NCBI GenBank assembly: GCA_022813965.1 | Contig: JALDZS010000070.1 | Location: forward strand, 62,001 to 109,566 | Origin: Toensbergia leucococca | Lineage: Eukaryota | Reading direction: 5' to 3' | DNA: 47,566 nt | Shown here: positions 33,770 through 43,570 of the stretch, piece after piece | How the letters are laid out: every line of letters starts with the position of its first letter | How positions within the stretch are numbered: the first letter of the stretch is position 1 | Notes under the pieces: generated by a model | Database searches by the model: none | The model's input: the letters and a program-made list of their open reading frames with translations, nothing else | Told to the model about the DNA's origin: nothing | Position numbers and translations under genes: made by a program

Positions 33770-35029
33770 CTAAATCTCCGTCCGTCCCAATTCATCCGCC
33801 AAAGCATCAACATCCTTATCCTTCTTCTGCGAAACCGTACTCTCCTCCTCCCTCTCCGCATCCTTCAACACACCCTCCCTCTCCTCTTCCTCTTCCTCTT
33901 CGTTTTCGCCCTCCTCCTCCCCATCATCCCCATCACTCTCCTCCTCCAAATCACTCAGCTCATCCAACCCCCACTCACCCTCCTCCCCCTCCTTCCCCCT
34001 CCTCCCCTCCAAAAGCACCCTCAACTCCTCCACAGCCCCCTCATCCTCAGAAAATCGATTCCCATTTAACTCCACCCGTCTCAACCCCTCCAACCCACCC
34101 CCCTTTACCCCCTTAACCAAAGCCCCCACCCCACGCGCATCAATCTCATTATACTGGGCCCTCAAAACCCTCAAGGCCTGATTCCGCCCCTTGCCCAACG
34201 CCTCAAAAGCAACCACAGCCCCCCTCCCCCCAAGCAAACAATCCCCAACTCCCAACTCCCTCAATTCCGTCCACCCCCCCACAACCTCCGCCAGCGCTCC
34301 AGCCCCGATTGCGGTAAAAGTATTATCCTGCAAATCCAGCACCTCCAACCCTTTACACTGTCTCAACCCCTCCCTCAACAGCATAAACACTCCGTCCTGC
34401 CTAATCCCATTCTGCACCATCCTCACCACCTTGACCCCGCTATGCGCCCGAAACACCCTCGACCAAGGCCTCATGCTCCCACTCTCCAACCGATTCCGCC
34501 CACAGACCAACGTCTCCAACCCACACACTTCTCCACCCGCCCTCCTCGCCTCCTCCTTCCGCTCCGCCAACGCTATCAACGCGTACGCAACTAACGCCCC
34601 TGCCGCAGGTCCTAAGCCGTTGTTATTCAGCACCAGATGTCGTAGCGGGACATGCTTGCCCAAGAACTCGACGAGAGGTGCCTGGGTATTGAGACCGAAG
34701 GCGTTGTCGGAGAGGTCGAGGGTGTGCAGATTTTGAAGGGGCAGGAGCGAGGTTAGGAGGGCGGAGATGGCGGGGGGGATTTCGGAGAGGAGGCGCGAGG
34801 TGAAGATGTCGGCGAGGTTGGCGGTTTGGAGATCTTTTTTGGTGGGTAGGATTGTGGCTAGATGGGTGCAGGCGGGGACGCCGAGGGTGTTGCCGCCGAG
34901 GCGGATTTCGGTGATGTGGGGGTTTTCGAGGAGGGGGGTTAGGTGGGGGGTTAAGTCTGCGGCGGTGTCGAGTTTTAGGGATTGGCCGTCGAGGGAGAAG
35001 ATCTGGTTTGCAGGGGTGATGGTGGTCAT
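33770..35029 (-). CDS. RNA1: Ran GTPase-activating protein (LRR domain plus acidic tail)
   Basis: Motifs LKLDTA, LGGNTLG, ADIFTSRL, LSDNAFG, LNNNGLGP, CGRNRLESGS, QNGIR and LDLQDNTFT; E/D-rich C-terminus; intronless. Confidence 0.95.
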   Translation of the reverse strand: MTTITPANQIFSLDGQSLKLDTAADLTPHLTPLLENPHITEIRLGGNTLGVPACTHLATILPTKKDLQTANLADIFTSRLLSEIPPAISALLTSLLPLQNLHTLDLSDNAFGLNTQAPLVEFLGKHVPLRHLVLNNNGLGPAAGALVAYALIALAERKEEARRAGGEVCGLETLVCGRNRLESGSMRPWSRVFRAHSGVKVVRMVQNGIRQDGVFMLLREGLRQCKGLEVLDLQDNTFTAIGAGALAEVVGGWTELRELGVGDCLLGGRGAVVAFEALGKGRNQALRVLRAQYNEIDARGVGALVKGVKGGGLEGLRRVELNGNRFSEDEGAVEELRVLLEGRRGKEGEEGEWGLDELSDLEEESDGDDGEEEGENEEEEEEEREGVLKDAEREEESTVSQKKDKDVDALADELGRTEI

Positions 35030-35172
35030 TGTTGTGTGTTTTTAGTGAGGCATGGATTGTTTTGGTGGTGGAGAGGGGGTTTGGCTGTGATTGTTTATGG
35101 TTTTGAGTGGAATTTGGAGATGGAATTGTGGTGTTTGGTTTGCAGTGTTTGATCAGCCCTGCGTTCTTTTAG

Positions 35173-35230
35173 AATATCACGGCGTAGCTGGGTTCATAAT
35201 CTCATATTAGGTTCGATTCCTAATGGCGCT
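35173..35230 (+). pseudogene. Degenerate tRNA-Met(CAT)-like sequence with an intact T-arm/B-box
   Basis: T-arm TTAGG-TTCGATT-CCTAA (35207-35223) contains the consensus B-box GGTTCGATTCC. Upstream is an anticodon-loop-like TTCATAA and downstream a 3' acceptor-like TGGCGCT. The D-arm is truncated and the acceptor and anticodon stems pair poorly. Confidence 0.35.
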
Positions 35231-35628
35231 GGTACAATGGTGTAGTGGGTTTTGTGTTCTCTTCACGGCACATTTCTCCATTAACACTTGAAAATGCCAG
35301 GCATCTGCTCCAGCTTCCAAGCAAAGTTATCAGAATATCACAGTGACTTCTCTTAGAGATAATGACAATCAACGCCCGGATTCCATTATGAATAGCAGGC
35401 CAGATTCAATTCAATGTCAAAATACAGCACCACTCCGCAGTTGGACTCTGAAATGTTACTTTAGCTTGTTGCCGAGTCTGAAGTTGTAGCATCCTCTTCC
35501 TCCCCATTGCCGATAATCGGGGCAGTCAACTAGATAGTGTCCTAAAGAATGATTGAAGGCAATCTTTTAATTGCCTGCCTGCGTCCTGCCCACTACACAA
35601 TACAGACTATCTCTTTAGATACGAGTAG

Positions 35629-35662
35629 CTGGTACGGAGTATCCGTACCAGTGGTACGGATA
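35629..35662. repeat. Overlapping inverted repeats: three alternating copies of TGGTACGGA
   Basis: CTGGTACGGA-gta-TCCGTACCAG (35629-35651) overlaps TATCCGTACCA-g-TGGTACGGATA (35640-35662). Confidence 0.8.
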
Positions 35663-36272
35663 GTTAAGTACGACACTAAATCTTAGGCAAGCCTTTGGTG
35701 GCTTTGGTGCCGTTGGTGCCTTTGCTCGGCTAGATTAGAGTTTTCTTTGGTATTCTAAATTGGCCAGGCCCTTGGTTATGCATTCTTCAACGGCCGCCCT
35801 GCAGAGAGCAGACATTAAATGCCAATCACCACACTCCCGTGACTCCCCATGGAGCTCTTGTTGCATATGCACCAGGCAATGACCAGACCGATCCCACTTC
35901 ATTCGACCACAACACACCCCGAAACCTGCTGTCAACCTCGAGTCACGAACAGAGTCAAGCCTTAGCCAGCCTCACTATCCGTTTCGATTCAAGTCCGTAT
36001 CGACCCTCTAGCCTGGACTCTCGATATCGATATCGAAATTTTGCTTGCTGCATGTACCATCTACCCATCCATCCATCGTTAGACGAAAATCGGAAATGAC
36101 AAGTACTCGGTGACAATTGCTAAGGCTTCGCGTGATCTGTAGTACCAAGGCTACGCAATTCCGGCCGAGGCCTGGGGCCGATTGACGGGAAGGCTGAACG
36201 CTGTTTTCACACACTTCTGGGGGAATCTATATTAGCATAGGCGGCCGTTGAGCCCCGAATTCACCCTCGTTG

Positions 36273-37650
36273 ATGTCGGATCATGCCATGATTTCGCCCG
36301 CTCACTCTCATGCCGGAAGCAATGGTGATGGCCAAGATCAACAGCATATTGCGAATGCCTATGGTAGCACTGAATCTATTGGCACCAAGAGTCCACTACA
36401 CATCAACCTGGGCTTTTTGAAGAATCTCACGGAAAGAAAGACAACTAGAGGTCAGTTCATGCAATTTAGTTGACTATGAGAGGCTAATGTCGGAGAAGAC
36501 GGCCAGCTACCAAAGAGGCGAGGCCCTAAACCAGACAGTAAGCCAGCCTTGACCCGAAGGCAGGAACTCAATAGGCAAGCTCAGCGGTAAGTACAGACGT
36601 GGGTAATCCCCTCCATTTGTAGTGCTAATGAATCGTTCCTTGAACAGCACACACCGTGAACGCAAAGAGCTGTACATCAAAGCCTTGGAAGAGGAGGTCA
36701 TGCGCCTAAAGGAGACTTACTCCCGTGCCGTGCAAGATAAAAACTCGTATGCCAAAGAAAATCAAGAAATCAGGGAGCTTCTCCAACTTCACGGGATTCC
36801 TTTTGTTGAAACCAAACGAAAGCTTCCCTCGATTGGCATAGGTACGAGCTCTTACGGTGGTAGCTCCTCGGATAGTCGTTCCGGCAGCTATCCCCACAAT
36901 CAATCTTTCAGCCCTGCCGAGACTGTCGGCTCAGGTGTCATTTCACCTGCTAGTCACAATCCTCCAAGAACAAATTCTGAACAAAGTGGAGCACAAACCC
37001 TGTTGCCGCTACATCAGGGGCTAGATTATGATCAGATTGGAATAGATTTCGTTCTAGCGTGAGGTCTTTAATCTTCTTTTCCGTATGACAAATTTCCAAT
37101 TCATGGCTTCTGGCTAATTCGAGTTCAAGGACAGCCTCGAAGCATCATGCCACAGTCACCAGCAATTCATGTGCGTTCGATCCTACCAGGAGCCCACACC
37201 CGAGCTCTCTGGTCATGCATTAATGGCCACCTGTCCGCCTCGCAATCATATCATCGGTACTCCCGATGTTCCCTTTCCGCACCGGACATGGGATATCCCA
37301 AACCCAGACCTTATGAAGCTTCTCGATCTCAGCCAAAATCTGCCCCTCGATCACGATGGCGAGATCACGCCGATTATGGCGTTGAAGATCATCAGGTCCA
37401 ATGATCGTTTCGGAGAGCTTGTCATGGCTGACTTTGAAGTACTAAAGGAGGATTTGAAAGGGAAATCCAGGTGTTACGGGTGTGTCCCTTTCGTTCAGGA
37501 TTATCACCTCCCATAAAACCCCTGCTAACCCTCCACCTCCCCCAAAGTTTCGGCGCCGTCCTGGAAGAATTCGAAGTCCGTGACGCCCTCAGCGGCATCT
37601 TCGCCAGCAAGCTCGAGAGTGAAAAATACGCCGCCTTTAGGTTTTCATAG
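36273..37650 (+). CDS. bZIP transcription factor
   Basis: Exons 36273-36450, 36499-36586, 36648-37058, 37135-37479 and 37548-37650. The spliced basic region and zipper read KRRGPKPDSKPALTRRQELNRQAQRTHRERKELYIKALE; the C-domain has SGHALMATCPP, GEITP and RCYGFGAVLEEFEVRDAL. Confidence 0.9.
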
Positions 37651-39039
37651 CATAGCAATCCCTCTGGCATTCTAAGCCCCCCGGAAAATCCTTCGCCCTT
37701 CGCTGGCTCACGAGAGTATCGCCAACGGCGCATTTGGTGTTCACTTGTGCTGCTTATTTTTGTATGAATAAATTGGAGATTCCAAGCATTTCGGAAGCGA
37801 AGCATATTCTCGGGTTACAAACAGTCCTTTTGAGACTTTTCGGCTCTGGATTCAGAGTGGAGGTCATGAGCAAAAAGTGGGCGCTGTTTCGAGTAGGATA
37901 GTAGGAGATCAACTGGAAACAAGCGCAATTTTCGTCGACCCTTTTTATTTCTAGATCTCGCTGTTGGAAAAGTTCCAATCCCTCGAAGTACGCACTGAAA
38001 AATCTCCATCCCTTTTCCCCCTCCTCCGGCACAATCCTCCCTCTTTCCGCATCCATCAAAACACTCGAGCGTTCTCTCCCCGCACAAATTTCCAGACATC
38101 ACAAACGACCTTCCTGTTCAAATTAGGAGCCTCATAGTATACCGTGCCTTTCGCGAAAGAGTTTGTTAAATGTTAATTTGGTTCAATTCGATTCGATTTG
38201 ATGATGATACACCCTAACCATCAAACCTACCCACCCACCCACTCACCCAAAAAGAAACCTCAACACCACTACATCTCCATCTGAATCCGCCGACGCACAA
38301 CCTCCCACCCCTCACAAAAATCTCACAGGTATCCGCCCCCGCACACCCCCAAAAAAACACCAAACCCCATCCCCAAAAAAAAGTCCACATACACTCAGCC
38401 ATCGATCAATGACATCAGCCCTTCCCTCCCTCCGTTTTCCCCCCCCAAAAAAGGGGAAAAAAAGGTAAAGTTGCACAATTGGAATATGTATGTTTCTCTT
38501 TAGATGTGTGTGGATTGATAGGAAGGTGAGGTAGGTGTTTTGAGAAGGAACGGCATGCATCCTGACCCCCCTCACCTTCTTTTTTAAAATTGTCAAGGAA
38601 TCTCATATCTTTCTCTTTCTTCTCTCAGGCTCACAGAATAACACCAATACAAAGAGAAAAAATAAAAGGGGGGGGGAGTGAGTGTGACACACACCTACCT
38701 ACCTACCTACCTCCCTAACCAACGTCAAAAAGAAAAACTCTTCAGAAAAAAAAAAAAGGGTCAAAGTTGCAATCTAACCTGCACAACCCCCCCCTTTCCT
38801 CTCCCTTTTGCCTTTCTCACACACACCACAATCCCCAAACCAACCAATCAACAATCAACAACAACCAAAAAAAAGCCCCCCTCTACAAAAAAAAACTCAC
38901 CTTTAATATCTCACCAATTCACAAAAAACTCTCACAAAGAAAACAAAAACATCAGCTAAAAAAAATCCACATCTTTAAAAACTTTCAAATTTCAAATTCA
39001 AAGTTTTCATCAGCTTTCTCATTTTCCTCTCCTCAATTG

Positions 39040-39112
39040 CAAAAAACGAAAACAAAAACAAGAAACAAGAAACAAGAAACAAGAACAAAAAACAAAAACA
39101 AGAACAAGAACA
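39040..39112. repeat. A-rich simple repeat, (AAACAAG/AAAAAC)n
   Basis: Directly visible imperfect tandem units: aaacaagaaacaagaaacaagaacaaaaaacaaaaacaagaacaag. Confidence 0.75.
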
Positions 39113-39497
39113 GTTAAAGTAAAGTGTTTTAACAAAATACAAAAATAAAGATGAAAAAGAAAATCAATGACATCGAGTAAGAAGGTTGTTGAACAATGCC
39201 AAACAAAAAATCAATCATGTAAATTAGAAAAGATACGTCAAAAGGAAAAAAATTCACTTCCAGACAATATCACTTTTTCCAAAATCCTTTAATCCACCAA
39301 GACCAACCAAAGGAAAAAGGTCAAGGTCAACAACAATGCACGGTTTTAATTCATTTGAGAGGTATAGGTTTTCATTAAAGCTACTAGAACAATATATGAA
39401 TCATAGACCGTCAAAACTACCAAACTTGAAACCACATCAGCTGATTTTTTCCTACAAAGGAAAACAAAAACAAAAGCCATACATATACACCCTGCTC

Positions 39498-42136
39498 TTA
39501 CCAAGTCGTGGGACCAAATGTCTCCCCAGTAGCAACGACCTTGTTGACAGCGGTGTCAAGTTGATCCATGGTCGTGAACACAAAGGTATTTCCCCACCAA
39601 CTCGGGAAATCGGTATTCGTAAGTTGGAGGCACAAGAAGATGATAATGGTGGAAAGAGCAAGGCCGATATCCAGACCGGCCGAGGTGATATAATTGAATC
39701 GCATCCACCAGCCTCGGTACTTGTTCTTGATATACTTATTGAAAACATATCCGACAATGCCCCACGTAAGATAGTTGAGGGGGGTAGCGGGTGGCAAGTT
39801 TCCTGTGCCCGAGAAGATGATAGGCGCGTTGAGGTAACGGATGGAAGACTTGGGGAAAGCGCGGGCGCCGAAGTAGAAGACGAAAGGGAGGATAGCACCG
39901 ACCAACCAGAAGTACAGTAGACTCGAGTAGAGATTACCGGGACTGAAGATGCGCGCAGGGCCGATAAGGCCCCAGATGACACTTGCGGTGAAGAACACAC
40001 GGCCGTTGGGACAAGTGTAATGATCGGGTTGTTCCTCAGCGCAAACATTGTTGATGGTCCCTAAAGCCCAGTTCATGACTGCAACTTGCACAATACAAGA
40101 CCAGATTGTGGCAATAGTTTGAGCCATGAACATAGTCCGAGGAGGAACTTTCATGTAATGGCCCAATTTGAGATCCTGAACAAAAGCTACGGCTTGAGTC
40201 ATGGTAATGTAACCGTATGTTTTGAAAAGCATCATGGCCGTGGGGCGGCCAGGCAGCATGTATCCAACCATAAATTCTAAGGAGCCAAATCAGCAAAAGA
40301 CCAAAGAGCAAAGGATATGCAAGACTCACCGGTCAACACATTGAGACCAATTTCAATATTGGTAAAGGCAAAAATCATGCCGATTGGCACAGCCCAAATC
40401 AACGAGATCAAGAGCGCGATAATCAGAGCCCACCAGGTAAGATGAGTCGGGTAGGCGTAGATGGTAGCAAAACAAAATCCAACCATGACAACCAGAATAA
40501 CCATATACCACCAATCTGGGGCTTCTTTGTATTTGCGCATCAAGCGAGTGTGGATATCATCCTCGTCAGTCCTCGACGACTTGAACCGGTCGTAAATTTC
40601 TCGTCCTTGAAACAGAGCAGTGTGGGTGATGAGGGCCGCGATGCCAGCAAACGAGAGACCGTAAGAAAGACTGAAAGTAGTGGACAAGAAAAGAGGCGAA
40701 TACGCCTGATAAGCAGCTAAATCCAAGGTATATTCCGGAGTCAAGATTCTCGAGACATTATACGTGGATCCCGTGTTGTCGTAAGAGCTAGAATCGCTCA
40801 TTGGCAGGTAGGCATTATACCAATGATTGCTATAATGTATACCTATAGCCGTAAACCAGAAGAAGACGACCATACCGATGAGGGTGTTAGCAATGCCGAA
40901 CCATGGTGCTACCAATGGCGAGAAAATGTATCCAGATATATAAGTCCAGTCGAACGTGATGGGAATCAGGGACAAGCCGGTAACACCACCGAAAAGTTGG
41001 TTGATAACGGGGCTGTTGGGTCGGATCCAAGTGACGAAGGCGAACACGCTCAGGAAGGGAGCCATGAGGCCGGGGACCCAGTACCATACAAAGGAGCCAA
41101 GGAAGACATAGAAGAAATAGCGGTAACGTGAAATCGACCATCCATGTGATTTCGTTGGATCTGTCTTCGTATGATCGTGAAGAGCGTAGAACAGTGAAGT
41201 ATTGACCAGGTTGAAGGGATAGATCATAGAAGCTGATCTTTGTTAGTATTTGCTTCTCATTCATCATGATTGACTCTTACCTGGTCGGACAAGGAATTTC
41301 CGTAGTACACCTGCAATACCATATCCAACCATCTGAGTGGAAATAGTAAGGAGCAAGTCGAAACCCCAGCCCAGATTTTGGCCATAAAATGCTCGTTGGG
41401 CCAGAAGCGTGTCAGTCGCATAAGCAGCACCGCCGCCAAATGTACAATTGGCCATGACGACGATAATTGTATGCTCTTTCATATTGAAAGGACCGGGATT
41501 GAGGTTGAACTTGAGTTTTCCGACTCTGAATTGACGATTCGGGAAGGTCAACTGCCATCCATATCCAATTGGATACGCCACTAATTGAGCAACGAGGGAG
41601 GTGATGATGAGTTGGGGAGAGCGCATGGAGAACAGCATATTCATGGCAGAACCAATGGTGGTCAGGAGCATACCGATCACCCAGGCTCGAATGGTATTGG
41701 CGGGGACATCTTCGTCATACTATCACAGACTGGTCAGCGTCATATTGTAGGGTAAGCAGTATTGGCAGTAACTGACATTGCGAACAGCTGCGCGGACTTC
41801 AGGGTATGGCGAATTCTCGGTCAGGGCATCGACCATGTTCAACTCGACCTGAAGATCATGAGTGTGCCTGGCTTCGTCGAGATCGGCCAAGGTGTCCTGG
41901 GGAAAATTTGGGTCCCATAAATGCTTCTTTCTCAGGGCTTTGAGTTCGGCCTGGGCCTCCAACTCATTCTCTGGGACACTCTGCTTTCGGTCGGTGTTAA
42001 AACCAGTAGTATTGGCATCGCCGGTATATGTTCCAGCCTTTTCTGTCGAGCCATTGGATGCCGAGTCGCGTGACGTTGACTCGGGCTCAGAGGCATTGAC
42101 GGGCTGACTACCGAACCTCTTGGTGATGAACGACAT
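39498..42136 (-). CDS. Oligopeptide transporter, OPT family (Isp4/Opt1-like)
   Basis: Exons 42136-41777, 41719-41281, 41232-40330 and 40276-39498. Signature motifs SPYPEVRAAV, NPGPFNMKEH, DIHTRLM, DLKLGHYMKVPPR and ASVIWGLIGP; many TM segments. Confidence 0.95.
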
Positions 42137-43007
42137 GTTTCCCACCGGTCAAACCTTGTAAGGGCTGATTTAAAAAATAGGTAATGGGGGAGGAGGCAAA
42201 GTAGGTCGGGGGTGTATGGGCAATATATAAAGTACTGGATGCGACGCCACCATTGCAAGTGCTCCCTGGTCGATAGTCGATACAGCACACCCTCTTAGGG
42301 AAAGTGGCAAGCCGGGAGGCTTATCGTGATAGCAAAACGCCCTGAGTGCGATGGTCGGATTCGAGCTCCTCGATAGGACCGAGGAGATTGGGCTACTGGG
42401 AAACACCTTCATGTATTCGCTGCAGCCAAGGAATGGGCTAAGAGCGACGGGGGTATCGTGATTGGCCATTGGCAAGTGTGGTGATGTGGGGGAATTGTGC
42501 ATGGTAGAGTCTAATGGCGAAGTGGCCGGCGTCCTTCTCGAACGAGGCTAGCTTGCTTCCATCTCGCAAGTGATAACGGATGCAACAGTCTTCAAGCAGC
42601 AAAGAGCCGGCGACGAGGTGTCAGAACGATTTACACCCTTGCAACAAGAGGTACTCGTCGCTAAAGTCGGGCCAGTGATCCTTACTAAGGCTCGAGAGCT
42701 GCATTCGAGATGCAGGCCACCTGGATCTAGCGCACATGCCGTCGTTGGTGCATGAAGCTGAGATGAGCTGAGCCTGCTGAGGTAGGTAGGTAGGTAGTCA
42801 GAGTAAGGTGGGTGGAAAGCGGGCCTAGAGCAGAAGTGATAAAGTGGCGAGTTGTACATGCGATGACCGATGATGCGACACACGACCTTCGGAGCGTGAT
42901 TTGGGATGATCTTTCGTTCATGGACCGAGGTTGATGCTTAATGCTTAAAGCTTCTTGTTCCTGTTCGGTGCTACCCGAAGTTTCCTCCATCTGAATGTTC
43001 CACCCTT

Positions 43008-43124
43008 CCTCCCTACCTCTCTGCCTCTCTACCTCTCTACCTCTCTGCCTCTCTACCTCTCTGCCTCTCTGCCTCTCTGCCTACCTACCTGCCTCCCTAC
43101 CTCCCTGCCTCTCTACCTGCCCTG
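43008..43124. repeat. Pyrimidine-rich minisatellite of CCTCTCTA/CCTCTCTG octamers mixed with CCTA/CCTG units
   Basis: Directly visible tandem array in the OPT-REX divergent intergenic region. Confidence 0.85.
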
Positions 43125-43570
43125 CATAACATCCTCGAATGCTTCAAGCACATGTTTGGTTTGGTATATTACACGAACATCTACGAGTAATCGTACTCCT
43201 TACTCACTGGAGATCATGTGATGGAATAGGCATTCAGCATGTAAGAGTAGATACTGAGTAACTCATGGGAAGCTATTCAGTGCTTGTACTCAATGAGTAG
43301 TAGATACGAGTCCGATGGTGCTGCGCAACTGTCGATTGTACATAGGGTAGCACCATTAATTGTAGTGGTGTGGAAGTAGGTGTTACTATCTTACCTATGA
43401 CTTCAGCTTCTAATCCATTACTCCTTTGGTACCAGTCCAGAACGCTTGCAAGGACCGAGGGACGCTAGAAGCTTAATCGAAGTTCGGCTTGTTGTAGGCG
43501 AAAGCCGCGGCTGAGGCGCACCAAACGGTCGAAACTTGCCCGTCGACGTCAATCAGTGGCCGACGACATC

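Noticed and set aside
35173..35253. Functional tRNA or circularly permuted tRNA gene
   Set aside because: The D-arm is missing and the anticodon and acceptor stems do not pair adequately in either arrangement; kept only as a relic or B-box candidate.
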